Positions 33,479 through 42,856 are shown, numbered from the stretch's first letter. The stretch: DNA of 64,000 bases from an uncultured Microthrixaceae bacterium (GCA_963823495.1 CAWGLV010000001.1:1283878-1347877); one strand, 5' to 3'. A program made the numbers and translations. The notes: generated from the letters alone by a model not told the origin.

Positions 33479-33787
33479 TCAGAACGCCAGCAGGCCCCGG
33501 AGCACGATCCCGCACCCGAGCACGCCCAACAGGCGCCGCCACGGGTTCACCCCTCGAATCAGCTCGTCGACGGCCCACCAGCCGAGCGCGACCAGGGCCA
33601 CGACCCGCAGCGCGGTGAAGGCCTCGCTGTCGTCCGGTGCGAACCACCGGGCGACGACGGTGCCCAGGAAGATCCACAACGGCGGGTTCGGGAACTGGGC
33701 GATGGTGATCCCGCCGGTCGCCCGGTCCCGGAACACCCAGTCCACCGCCCGTGCCGCCCGCCCGGCGGAGGCGGCGTCGTCGGGCAC
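33479..33787 (-). CDS. hypothetical small membrane protein
   Basis: C-terminal part of ORF 33479..34021: ITIAQFPNPPLWIFLGTVVARWF...ALRVVALVALGWWAVDELIRGVNPWRRLLGVLGCGIVL (3 predicted TM). GTG 33787 is a guess. Confidence 0.5.
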   Translation of the reverse strand: MPDDAASAGRAARAVDWVFRDRATGGITIAQFPNPPLWIFLGTVVARWFAPDDSEAFTALRVVALVALGWWAVDELIRGVNPWRRLLGVLGCGIVLRGLLAF

Positions 33788-33873
33788 GGGGCGAAGTGTG
33801 CCACCGCTCGCCCGGGTGCGATCGCCGGTCGCGGGTACGGTGAGCTTCGCCCGCGACCGGAAGAGGTGTGCTG

Positions 33874-33999
33874 ATGAACCCGACCGATGTCCTCGCCCAG
33901 TCCCAGGACGTGGCCCGCCGTGTGTTGGCCGATGTGACCGCCGATCAGCTCGAGCGCGACACCCCCTGTGGCGAGTGGCAGGATCGACGGCCGCGATGA
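33874..33999 (+). pseudogene. 41-codon N-terminal relic of a TIGR03086/DinB-like gene (paralog of 61151..61711)
   Basis: My translation MNPTDVLAQSQDVARRVLADVTADQLERDTPCGEWQDRRPR* aligns with MTFTDVLAQSQDVARTVLTNVSPDQLELETPCSEWN of the intact gene, then terminates. The shared stretch ACCGATGTCCTCGCCCAGTCCCA is nearly identical at DNA level. Confidence 0.55.
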
Positions 34000-34719
34000 C
34001 CGCGGGTGGGGACGCCCTCACCGGGCCCGACGACCGCCACCTCGAGGGCCACGACCCCTATGACCTCCTCGACCGCGAGGCGGCTCGCGTCGAGGCCTAC
34101 CTCGCCGGGCTGGACGAGGACGCGTGGGCGGCACCGTCGGCCTGTGCCGGTTGGTCCGTGGGTGATGTCGCGGCCCACCTGGCTGCCGTCGAGCAGTACC
34201 ACCACGCGTGCCTGGACGGTCGGGTGGCGGCGATGATCGAGGAGGGCATGGCTGCCGGGATGACCAGCCTCGACGACTTCACCCAGGCCGGCGTCGACGA
34301 GCGGGCCGGGCGGTCGCTCCGCCGAGGTGATCGCCGAGTTCGCCGCGGAGGACGCCGTGACCCGCCGCCGGTTGCGGGAGCGCGACGGGGGAGAGACGGA
34401 CAGCTCCGTTGGCCCCTACCCCGTGCGGTGGCAGGCCTTCCACGTCGCCAGCGAACTGGCCACCCACGCCGACGACATCGGCATGCCGGTACCCGAGGAC
34501 GAAGCCGCCGACCGCCTGGCGTGGCGCACGGCCTTCAGCCGCTTCGCCCTGAGCGAACGGCACCCAGGGGCGGTGATCGAGGCCGCCCCCGGCGGCACTC
34601 GGGTGCAGGTCGACGACCGTGACGTCGTGGTCGACGACGAGACCCTGGTCGCCGGATTGATGGACCGGCTCCTCGACGACGTCGCCCCCGAGGTCCGGGC
34701 CGTCCTGGCCGCGGGCTGA
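33996..34719 (+). pseudogene. mycothiol-maleylpyruvate-isomerase-N (DinB-like) domain protein with apparent +1 frameshift near 34315-34320
   Basis: N-terminal half lies in the frame of ORF 33099..34622 (MTAGGDALTG...WAAPSACAGWSVGDVAAHLAA...DERAGRS). The C-terminal half is ORF 34327..34719 (AEVIAEFAAEDAVTRRRL...). Removing one base from TCGCTCCGCC gives the typical GRSPAEVIAEF. Confidence 0.65.
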
Positions 34720-34753
34720 AGCGCCGCCGGGGCCGGCCGGGTCCCGGCGATCC

Positions 34754-35203
34754 TCAGAACCGGATCATCTGTGCCGCGGTGGGGGTGACGTCGATCACGC
34801 AGGCCCCGCCCTGGCCGAGGTGGCGGCGCATGGGTCGCCACTGGCGGGGGTGGGCGAGGAGGTTCCACAGGCCGCGAGGGGTGACGACGTACTTGGCGGC
34901 GTCGCGGCGCGCGTAGCGGCGCTGCCGCTGGGGATCGGTGGTGACCACGGCGGTGCCGTCCACCCGCAGCAGGCGGTGGTCGGCGGGGTCGGACTCCACC
35001 TCGAAGAGGACCTGCACCTCGGGGTGGGCCCGGACGTTGCGGGCGGCGAGGGTGGAGGTGGCCGTCCCGAGGTGGAGGTGGTCGCCCTCGGTGATGAAGT
35101 AGATCGGGTTCACGTGCGGGCGACCGCCCGAGGAGAGGGTGGCCAGGCGGGCGACCATGGCCCGGTCGAGGAGGTCGCGGGCCTCCTGGTCAAGCACCGG
35201 CAT
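34754..35203 (-). CDS. pyridoxamine 5'-phosphate oxidase (PPOX)-family flavin/deazaflavin protein
   Basis: Inner ATG of ORF 34754..35434: MPVLDQEARDLLDRAMVARLATLSSGGRPHVNPIYFITEGDHLHLGTA. Confidence 0.75.
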   Translation of the reverse strand: MPVLDQEARDLLDRAMVARLATLSSGGRPHVNPIYFITEGDHLHLGTATSTLAARNVRAHPEVQVLFEVESDPADHRLLRVDGTAVVTTDPQRQRRYARRDAAKYVVTPRGLWNLLAHPRQWRPMRRHLGQGGACVIDVTPTAAQMIRF

Positions 35204-35558
35204 CGTCGGCCCGCAGTCGGCCGTAGTCCCAGCAGCTGACCAGCTCGGGCGTGACCTCGTACCAGGTGTGGTCGGTGTCACCGGCGTCCTCGGCGGTGCT
35301 CGCCGCGCCCCGCACGTACACCGCTCGCAGGTCGAAGAACAGCACCCCTTCGTCGACGACGAGCACCACCTCCGCCGCCGGGTCCGGCTGGGCCGCGTCG
35401 TGGGCGAGCCCGATGAGGAACCGACCGTCGCCATGGCGGACCACGCCGGGCTCGATGTGGGCCCGGCCGTCCACCACGAAGCTGAGGCACGCCCGGCCCG
35501 GTCGGGTCAGCAGATCACTGGCCTCTTCGAGGGGGATCCGGTTGGTGACCTCGGCCAT
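35190..35558 (-). CDS. PPOX-family protein (second, adjacent)
   Basis: ORF 35190..35588, start taken at MAEVTNRIPLEEASDLLTRPGRACLSFVVDGRAHIEPG. Overlaps the downstream PPOX gene by 14 nt. Confidence 0.65.
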   Translation of the reverse strand: MAEVTNRIPLEEASDLLTRPGRACLSFVVDGRAHIEPGVVRHGDGRFLIGLAHDAAQPDPAAEVVLVVDEGVLFFDLRAVYVRGAASTAEDAGDTDHTWYEVTPELVSCWDYGRLRADDAGA

Positions 35559-35722
35559 GGTGGTGCTCCGGCGTCGTGCTGGGGTCACGGTAGGACGCCC
35601 CCGCGACCTGCGCCCGGGTCAGAGGTCCCGAATCCCGGGTCGCGAAGGCGCGGGCCGGTGGCTCGTTCCCGCCCCGACCCCGGCATGCTGAACCCCATGG
35701 TCAGTGACGATCGGCCCAGGCG

Positions 35723-37063
35723 ATGAGGGCCCGGGCGCGGCGGAGCTCCGCCGAACGGGACCGGCGGGTGGGGCGGGCCTTCCTGGCGGGCAGCGTGCTC
35801 GGCGCGGCGCGGACGCTCAACGCCTGGCACCCCGTGAGCCGCACCGGTCAGAGCTCGGTCCTGGCGTTCTCCGGCGGCCTGACCGTGTCCGAGATGCCTC
35901 TGCACTCGCTGGCCTGGCAGGCCCTCGCCACCACGGGCTTCGTCGCGGGCGGGAGCCTCCGGTCGCGCGCCGGTCGAGCCGGGCTGGCGCTCACGGCCGC
36001 CTCGTGGGTCGGACTCGTCGCTCTGGCGCGCGCTGCGGCCCGGGCCGACGAGGAACTCGAGGCGGCCCTCGTCGAGGGGCTCGGTCGGGACTACCGGAGC
36101 CGGATGGCGGCCGCCTTCGCGCCCCCCGAGGAGGCCCGCATCACGCGCCGCGAGGTCACCAACCCCCTGCCCCGGCTGCGCCGCCGCTACGCGGCGACCC
36201 GCGACGTCCCCTACGGCGAGTTCGGGCGGCGGAACCACCTCGACATCTGGCGCCGGTCCGACCTGCCCGACGACGCCGGCGCGCCGGTGCTCATCCAGGT
36301 GCACGGCGGGGCGTGGATGACCGGCAGCAAGGAGCGCCAGGGCGGCCCGCTCATGGGCCACCTCGCCGAGCGCGGCTGGGTGAGCGTGGCGCTCAACTAC
36401 CGCCTCGCCCCCCGCAGCACCTGGCCCGACCAGATCGTCGACGTGAAGCGGGCGATCGCCTGGGTGAAGGAGCACATCGCCGAGTACGGGGGCGATCCCG
36501 GCTTCGTCGTCGTCACCGGCGGCTCGGCCGGCGGGCACCTGTCGGCGCTCGCCGCGCTCACGGCGGGCGTCGGCGCCTTCCAGCCGGGCTTCGAGGACGC
36601 CGACACCCGTGTCCAGGCCGCGGTGCCCATGTACGGGATCTACGACTTCACCAACCGTGACCGCACCGGCCGGGCCGACATGGAGGAGATGCTGTCCCGG
36701 CTCGTTCTCAAGTCGAGTCTCGCCGCCGCCCGCGAGACCTGGGAGCAGGCGAGCCCGCTGAGCTGGGTCGGTCCCGATGCCCCACCGTTCTTCATCACCC
36801 ACGGGGCGAACGACAGCCTGATACCCGCCGCCCAGGCCCGATCGTTCGCCCGGATGCTGCGGGAGGCCTCCGACCAACCCGTGGTCTACGCGGAGCTGGC
36901 CCGCGCCCAGCACGGCTTCGACGTGTTCTCCTCGGTGCGGACCCTCCACACCCTGCGGGCCATCGACCGGTTCCTCGCGGTCGTCCGCACCGCCCACGGC
37001 GCCCGTGGCCCCTCGGCCACGGCCGGCGGAGATCCGGGGCATGGCACCGGTGTGCAGGGTTAG
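35723..37063 (+). CDS. alpha/beta hydrolase (esterase/lipase type) with N-terminal membrane region
   Basis: VLIQVHGGAWMTGS oxyanion motif, VVTGGSAGGHLSA nucleophile elbow, HGANDSLIP. Confidence 0.8.
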   Translation: MRARARRSSAERDRRVGRAFLAGSVLGAARTLNAWHPVSRTGQSSVLAFSGGLTVSEMPLHSLAWQALATTGFVAGGSLRSRAGRAGLALTAASWVGLVALARAAARADEELEAALVEGLGRDYRSRMAAAFAPPEEARITRREVTNPLPRLRRRYAATRDVPYGEFGRRNHLDIWRRSDLPDDAGAPVLIQVHGGAWMTGSKERQGGPLMGHLAERGWVSVALNYRLAPRSTWPDQIVDVKRAIAWVKEHIAEYGGDPGFVVVTGGSAGGHLSALAALTAGVGAFQPGFEDADTRVQAAVPMYGIYDFTNRDRTGRADMEEMLSRLVLKSSLAAARETWEQASPLSWVGPDAPPFFITHGANDSLIPAAQARSFARMLREASDQPVVYAELARAQHGFDVFSSVRTLHTLRAIDRFLAVVRTAHGARGPSATAGGDPGHGTGVQG

Positions 37064-37072
37064 GGTCCGGCC

Positions 37073-37547
37073 ATGAGCATTGATGTGCGCGTGGACCGGG
37101 AGATCGGCGCGCCGGCCGAGGACGTGTGGGCCATGGTGTCCGACCTCCGCCGGATGGGTGAGTGGTCACCCGAGAACGTGGGGGGCGAGTGGATGGGTGA
37201 CGCCACCGGCCCCGAGCCCGGGGCGAAGTTCCGCGGGGCGAACGAGAACGGCAGCGAAGAAGTGGAAGTCGGTGGTGACCGTCGTCGACGCCGAGCCGGG
37301 CCGGCGGTTCTCGTTTCGGGTGACCGCGTTCGGCCTGAAGATCGCCGACTGGGCCTACGACTTCGAGCCGACCCCGACCGGGTGCCGGGTCACCGAGACC
37401 TGGACCGATCTCCGTCCGGGCTGGTTCAAGCCGATCGCCGGTGTGGCCACGGGAGTGGCCGATCGCGAGAGCCACAACCGAGCCGGTGCCGAGGAGACCC
37501 TCGAACGCCTGGCCGCCGCCGCCGAGGCGAGCCCGGCCGAGGGCTGA
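37073..37547 (+). pseudogene. SRPBCC (polyketide cyclase/START-like) protein with apparent +1 frameshift near 37250-37257
   Basis: N-terminus from ORF 37073 (MSIDVRVDREIGAPAEDVWAMVSDLRRMGEWSPE...GAKFRGANENGS). Continuation lies in ORF 37080's frame (KKWKSVVTVVDAEPGRRFSFRVTAFGLKIADWAYDFEP...). Joined length of ~157 aa is typical for the family. Confidence 0.65.
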
Positions 37548-37570
37548 TCCTCCGCTGCCCCACCCTCCGG

Positions 37571-40375
37571 TCAGCCCGATCGGACGGGAGGTCCGACCGG
37601 ATCCTCGGGGTGGTCACGGTGGCGCACGGGCGCCGGGCTGCGGCGGGCCTGCCCCAGGCCCACCCCCAGAGCGGCCAGGAAGAGCGTGACGAAGGCCGCG
37701 AGGGGGACCCACTCGCCGAGCCCGGCATAGGGCGTGCGGCCGGAGGCGAGCGGCAGATCGACGATCCAGCGGCCCGTCTCGTCGTGGTCCATCCACACCT
37801 GCCGCTCGCCGTCGGCGTCGAAGACGGCGGTCGTCCCCGACAGAGCGGTGTGCACCATCGGCCGACCGGCTTCCACCGCCCGTAGCGCGGCCAGGCTGGC
37901 GTGCTGGTCGTGGGCCCAGCTTCCCTGGAAGGTCGTCGTCGCGGTCTGGAGCACGATGAGGTCCGCTCCCCGCTCGGCGAGGCGGCGGCTCAGGTCGGGA
38001 AACGTCGACTCGAAGCACACGAGCGGACCGATCCGGAACCCCGCCGTGTCCATCACCACCAGTTCGTCGCCTCGGCGCCGGTTCTCGTCGGCCGCCGGCG
38101 TGAGGGAGGTGATCCACCCGAGCGCGGGGCGCAGGGGGATGGCCTCACCGAAGGGCACCAGGCGGGTCTTGTCGTAGCGGCTCCGCACACCGTCGGGGCC
38201 GACCAGCAGAGCCGACTTGAAGATGCCCCCCTCGCCTCGGCGGGCGTCGACGTTGACCAGCAGGTCGGTGCCCAGCGCGGTCGACAGGTCCGCGAGCCGG
38301 GCCAGGCGGGCCGGGTCGTCCTCGAGGTCGAACCCGACGCTGGACTCGGGCCAGACGACGAGGTCGAGATCCTCGCCGACGAGGTCCCGGGTGGCGTCGA
38401 CGTGGGCGTCGAAGCGGGCGGCCGGACCCTCGATCGGTCCGGTCTGGACGCCCGCCACGGTGACCTCCCTCCCGGCGTCGGGTGAGGGGACCACCGAGCC
38501 GGCCGCGACCACGAGCAGGACCAGGCCCGCGGCCAGAGCCAGGGACCGCATCCGCTGGGGGCCGGCCCGCCCGGGCGACAGGGCCAGGGCGACGGCGACG
38601 TTCACGGCCATGAGCGCGGCCGAGACGAGCCACACGCCGCCCACTGCGGCCAGGGCCCGGGGGAGGGGGTTGTCCCACTGGGAGGCGCCCAGCACCCCCC
38701 ACGGTCCGCCCAGCCGATCCCACGAGCGGATGTACTCGGCCGCCACCCACGCGGCCGGCACCAGGACCACCGCCGCGCCGGCCCGGTGGCGGGTTCCCAT
38801 GGTGGCGTGGGCGATCCGGGCCCACGGCATCCACAGCAGGCCCAGCGCCAGGCTCAGGGCCACGAGGAACACGCCCACCGAGCCGAGGAGCCAGTGGTGC
38901 ATGGCCACGAAGAAGCCGGTCCCGCCCAGCCAGCCGAGCACGCCGGCCTCGCGCCCCGACGGGGCCCGGACGACGGCCACCAGGAGCGGGACCAGGCCGA
39001 CGAAGCCGAGCGGCCACCAGCCGGCCTCGGGAAAGGCGAGCACCGGCAGCGCCCCGAGGACCACCGCGGCCGACCGCGCCGGCCATCGCCGCCCCGGCCG
39101 GGCGCGGCCCTCGCGGCCGAGGTCGGGCGCGCCGGCCGACCACGGCCAGACGGCCAGCGAGCGGGCGAAGAGCAGTCCGGCGGCCGTGAACCCGCCGGCC
39201 AGGAGCCACAGGAGGGCCTGCTCGCGATCGGGCTCCCAGAGTGGCACCAGGGCCAGGCCGGCCAGGACGAAGGCGACGTTGTAGCCGGTGTCGTAGATCG
39301 ACACCACGCGCCCCCGCACCACATCGGGTGCGGCCCGCTGGATGAGGGCGTCGGCGAGGATCTTGAGGATCTGGAAGGCCAGGGCCACCAGGCCGACGCC
39401 GGCGACGAGGACACCGAACTCGGGCTGGAAGCCGGCCACGGTGGCGACCAGGCCGGCGGCCAGGAAGGTCAGGGGGATCAGGCCGGCGGGGTGGAAGCGC
39501 CGCCCGAGCACCGGAGCGCTCCCCGTGCCGATGAACGCCCCGGCGCCGGTGACGGCCAGGGCCAGCCCGTAGCCCGAGGCCTCGAAGCGGTAGCGGCTGT
39601 CGGCGATCAAGACCAGCAGGATGAAACCGAAGCCGAGGAGCAGCCGGTGGGTCCAGACGGCGAGCAGGGGCCGACGGACATCGGCGTTCTCGGTCACGGC
39701 CCGGATCTGCTCGACGACCTCCCGGCGCAGTCGGACCCAACCGGCGGACACCGCTTCCCGCTCGCCGCCGCCCACCGCGGGCAGGCGGGCGAAGGCGACA
39801 GCGGCCGCCGCGTAGAGGCCGGCCGCGGCGATGAACCCCGCTGGTGGGGCGGCCTCGACGAAGGTCGCCCCGATGACCGCGGCGCCGAACGCCGCCACCA
39901 TCCCGCCGATCGAGGCCAGCGCGTTGGCGGCGACGAGGTCGGCGGGGCCGACGGTGCGGGGCAGGGCCGCCCCCTTGGCCGCTACGACGAAGCGGGAGGC
40001 CGAGAGCAGCACGAGCACGCCGACGAGGGCCAGGGGCTGGGAATCCAGGATGAGCACCCCGAGGGCGGAGAGGGCGACCGCCACCCGGGCGACCGAGACG
40101 AGCACCATGGTCCGCCGTCGGTCCCACCGGTCGATCAGGATCCCGGCCAGCGGCCCCACCAGCGAGAACGGCAGGAGGGTGACGGCCAGCAGCTTGGTCA
40201 GCTCCCAGGGGCTGGCCCCCGAGCCCACTTCGAACAACGCCACCTGGGCGAAGGTGATCTGGGCCAGTCCGTCGCCCGCCTGGCCGAACCACTGGCCTCC
40301 GACCAGAGCCCGCAACGGGCCGTGCAGGAGCCGACGCCACTCGCTCCACCCGGTCGGTCGCTCGTCCTCGGCCAC
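37571..40375 (-). CDS. lnt: in-frame fusion of an MFS transporter (N-terminal ~430 aa) and apolipoprotein N-acyltransferase Lnt (C-terminal ~500 aa)
   Basis: Part of ORF 37571..41257; upstream of 40375 it overlaps the ABC permease gene. MFS: LVGGQWFGQAGDGLAQITFAQVALF, IDRWDRRRTMVLVSVARV. Lnt: LAFPEAGWWPLGFVGLVPLL, catalytic triad context VVWPESS / YDKTRLVPFGE / GPLVCFES. No stop codon between the two halves. Confidence 0.8.
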   Translation of the reverse strand: MAEDERPTGWSEWRRLLHGPLRALVGGQWFGQAGDGLAQITFAQVALFEVGSGASPWELTKLLAVTLLPFSLVGPLAGILIDRWDRRRTMVLVSVARVAVALSALGVLILDSQPLALVGVLVLLSASRFVVAAKGAALPRTVGPADLVAANALASIGGMVAAFGAAVIGATFVEAAPPAGFIAAAGLYAAAAVAFARLPAVGGGEREAVSAGWVRLRREVVEQIRAVTENADVRRPLLAVWTHRLLLGFGFILLVLIADSRYRFEASGYGLALAVTGAGAFIGTGSAPVLGRRFHPAGLIPLTFLAAGLVATVAGFQPEFGVLVAGVGLVALAFQILKILADALIQRAAPDVVRGRVVSIYDTGYNVAFVLAGLALVPLWEPDREQALLWLLAGGFTAAGLLFARSLAVWPWSAGAPDLGREGRARPGRRWPARSAAVVLGALPVLAFPEAGWWPLGFVGLVPLLVAVVRAPSGREAGVLGWLGGTGFFVAMHHWLLGSVGVFLVALSLALGLLWMPWARIAHATMGTRHRAGAAVVLVPAAWVAAEYIRSWDRLGGPWGVLGASQWDNPLPRALAAVGGVWLVSAALMAVNVAVALALSPGRAGPQRMRSLALAAGLVLLVVAAGSVVPSPDAGREVTVAGVQTGPIEGPAARFDAHVDATRDLVGEDLDLVVWPESSVGFDLEDDPARLARLADLSTALGTDLLVNVDARRGEGGIFKSALLVGPDGVRSRYDKTRLVPFGEAIPLRPALGWITSLTPAADENRRRGDELVVMDTAGFRIGPLVCFESTFPDLSRRLAERGADLIVLQTATTTFQGSWAHDQHASLAALRAVEAGRPMVHTALSGTTAVFDADGERQVWMDHDETGRWIVDLPLASGRTPYAGLGEWVPLAAFVTLFLAALGVGLGQARRSPAPVRHRDHPEDPVGPPVRSG

Positions 40376-40485
40376 CGTCCCAGTCTCGCCCGCCCGGGCC
40401 CGGCGGACCCGGCCCGGGTGGGCGTCGGCGATCCCCGAGGTGTCCGCCCGCCGCGGCGGGCTCCTGGGGCCTGGTGGTCCGGCCG

Positions 40486-41292
40486 CTACGAGAGGCGGGT
40501 GATCCAGCCCTGCTCGCGGAAGCGGCGGAGCTGGCGGAGCACGAACCAGAACGCCAGGGCGACGCACGCCAGCGAGCCGGCCATGCCGACCACGAGGTCG
40601 GCGACCTGCACGGCCTCGCCTTCGACGCCGGCCCGGGTGGCCTCGAAGATCCGGGTGAGGGGGATGACCGCGGCCACGGGCTGGAGCACGCCGGGCAGGG
40701 CCTCGGGTGGGTAGAAGATCCCCGACAGGGGCATGAGCAGGACCAGCAGCCCCCACGAGAACACCTCGGCGGTCTCGCCGAACTGCAGGGTCAGGCCGAT
40801 CACCAGCAGCGAGACCGCCCAGCCGAACAGCAGGAGGGCGGCGGCGCCCACGGCCAGGATCCAGCCCGCGCCGGACGGGTCGACCGAGTAGAGGCCCAGG
40901 GCCACGGCTCCGACCAGCACGACCGACACCACCGCCCGGGCGAAGCCGATGACGAGCAGGGCCAAGCCGTACTCGAGCTCGGTCAGGGGGGTGGTCCACA
41001 GGTTGAGGACGTTGCGGGACCAGACCTCCTCGAGGAACCCGAGGGAGCCGGCCAGGGTGAGCTGCCACACCACGTGGAACAGCAGGATGCCCGTGACCAG
41101 GATCTCGACGCTGCGCTCGCCGTCGCTGAAGGCCACCCCGATCGAGCTGAACAGCAGGGCGTCGACCACCGGCAGGGCGATGAGCAGGAACCAGTGCCCG
41201 GGGTTGCGGGACTGCGCGAGGGAGAGGCGGCGGACCACGGCCCTGACGTGGTGCCACTGCACGCCGGGCCGCATCTCGACAGGGGTGCTCAC
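40486..41292 (-). CDS. ABC-2 type transporter permease
   Basis: Inner GTG of ORF 40486..42045 (VSTPVEMRPGVQWHHVRAVVRRLSLAQSRNPGHWF...), six hydrophobic segments. GTGA overlap with the ATPase stop. Confidence 0.8.
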   Translation of the reverse strand: MSTPVEMRPGVQWHHVRAVVRRLSLAQSRNPGHWFLLIALPVVDALLFSSIGVAFSDGERSVEILVTGILLFHVVWQLTLAGSLGFLEEVWSRNVLNLWTTPLTELEYGLALLVIGFARAVVSVVLVGAVALGLYSVDPSGAGWILAVGAAALLLFGWAVSLLVIGLTLQFGETAEVFSWGLLVLLMPLSGIFYPPEALPGVLQPVAAVIPLTRIFEATRAGVEGEAVQVADLVVGMAGSLACVALAFWFVLRQLRRFREQGWITRLS

Positions 41293-42029
41293 AGCTGCTG
41301 GCTCCGCTTGCGCTGGGCCTCGGCGAGGAACATGGCCTCGAGGCTGGTGTGGCCCGCCTCGCCCACGACGACCTCGGCCGGGCCGTCGGCCAGCACCCGG
41401 CCCGCCCGCAGGAACACGACCCGCTCGGTCAGGGTCTCGACCTCGCGCATGTCGTGGCTGGTGAGCAGCAGGGTGGTGGCGTGGTCCCGGTTGAGGGCCA
41501 CGAGCTGGTCCCGCACCCGGAGGGCGACATCGGGGTCGAGCGACGCCGTGGGTTCGTCGAGCACGACCAGCCGGGGCCGGTGTAGCACCGCCTTGGCGAT
41601 GCCGACGAGGGTCTTCTGCCCCGACGAGAGGCTCTCGCAGCGCTGGCCGGCCACGTGGCCGATGTGCAGTTCGGCCAGGATCCGCTCGACGTCGGCGGCC
41701 GGGTCGGTCCGGTCGGCCAGTTCGGCGAAGAAGCCCAACGCCTCCCGGACACGGAGCTTGCCGGGCAGGGGCAGGTAGCCGGCGGCGAAGCCGACCTGGG
41801 TCATGGCCCGGCTGCGGCCCTCGGGCAGGCGGTGGCCGAGCAGTTCGACCGAGCCCGTGTCGGGGGCGATGGCGCCGAGGACCATGAGCAGCGTCGTCGT
41901 CTTGCCCGCGCCGTTCGGCCCCACGATCCCGACCCGCTGCCCGGCGGGCACGGTCAGGTCCACGTGGTCGACGGCGCGGGTCGAGCCGAAGGTCTTCGAC
42001 AGATCGCGGGCGACCACGTGGTCCGGCAC
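41289..42029 (-). CDS. ABC transporter ATP-binding protein
   Basis: Walker A GPNGAGKTT, signature LSSGQK, Walker B LVVLDEPTASLD, H-loop TSHDM. Confidence 0.92.
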   Translation of the reverse strand: MPDHVVARDLSKTFGSTRAVDHVDLTVPAGQRVGIVGPNGAGKTTTLLMVLGAIAPDTGSVELLGHRLPEGRSRAMTQVGFAAGYLPLPGKLRVREALGFFAELADRTDPAADVERILAELHIGHVAGQRCESLSSGQKTLVGIAKAVLHRPRLVVLDEPTASLDPDVALRVRDQLVALNRDHATTLLLTSHDMREVETLTERVVFLRAGRVLADGPAEVVVGEAGHTSLEAMFLAEAQRKRSQQL

Positions 42030-42220
42030 CCGGTGATGCTGGCACCCGGCGGGTCCCCGCGCACGTGCATTCCGGCCGCCGCCCAGGGGGGAGGGACCCG
42101 ACGTCAGGGCCGGACGTCGAGGCCGGGACCGGGACGGGCCATCGGCGGGCCGGTCATCGAGGTCGACGCCCCGACGTCGTAGCGTGCGGTCGGCGACCAG
42201 GGCGGGTGAACGGCAAGGGG

Positions 42221-42856
42221 GTGCTCGGCGTGCGGATCCACGGCCACCGGCTTCCCGCCCTCACCCTGGCGGCCGGCGCGGGGTACCTGCTCGGCAGCAT
42301 CCCGTGGGCCGACGTCGCGGCCCGCCGGGCCGCCGGAGGACGGATCGACCTGCGGGCGGTGGGTTCGCGCAACCCGGGCGCCCGCAACGCGATCGACGTG
42401 CTCGGCAAGCGGTGGGGGTACGCCGTCGGAGTCGCGGACATCGCCAAGGGCGCGGTGGCCAGTGTCGTCGGGCGGGCCGTCGCCGGCGACGTCGGGGCTC
42501 ACGTCGGTGGGACCGCGGCCGTGGTCGGCCACTGCTATCCCGTCTGGAGTGGGTTCCGGGGGGGCAAGGGCGTGGCCTGCGCGGTCGGACAGGTGCTCGT
42601 GACCTTCCCGGCGGCGGCTCCCGTCGAGGTCGCGGCCGGTGTGCTGGGTGCGGTTGCCCCGGCCGAGGACCGGGCCGCGGCGATCACCGTGTCCCTGGCC
42701 GCGGGGTGGGTGGTCGGCGGCCTGGTCTGGTGGCGCCAGGGGCGCTCGAACGGGTGGGGCCCCGCTCCCACCGCCGCCCTGCCGGTCGCCGCCGCCGTGT
42801 CCTCCGCGGTCGTCCTGGGCCGCTTCGCCCAGGAGCGGGTGGTCACCTCGCGCTGA
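42221..42856 (+). CDS. plsY: glycerol-3-phosphate acyltransferase PlsY
   Basis: Inner GTG of ORF 42065..42856: GYLLGSIPWADV, GSRNPGARNA, DIAKG, GHCYPVWSGFRGGKGVA. The start may be 42230. Confidence 0.8.
   Translation: MLGVRIHGHRLPALTLAAGAGYLLGSIPWADVAARRAAGGRIDLRAVGSRNPGARNAIDVLGKRWGYAVGVADIAKGAVASVVGRAVAGDVGAHVGGTAAVVGHCYPVWSGFRGGKGVACAVGQVLVTFPAAAPVEVAAGVLGAVAPAEDRAAAITVSLAAGWVVGGLVWWRQGRSNGWGPAPTAALPVAAAVSSAVVLGRFAQERVVTSR

Noticed and set aside
40376-41257. N-terminal 294 codons of ORF 37571..41257.
   Set aside because: They overlap the well-supported ABC-2 permease gene in another frame and are Arg/Pro/Gly-rich. The MFS signature begins just after GTG 40375.
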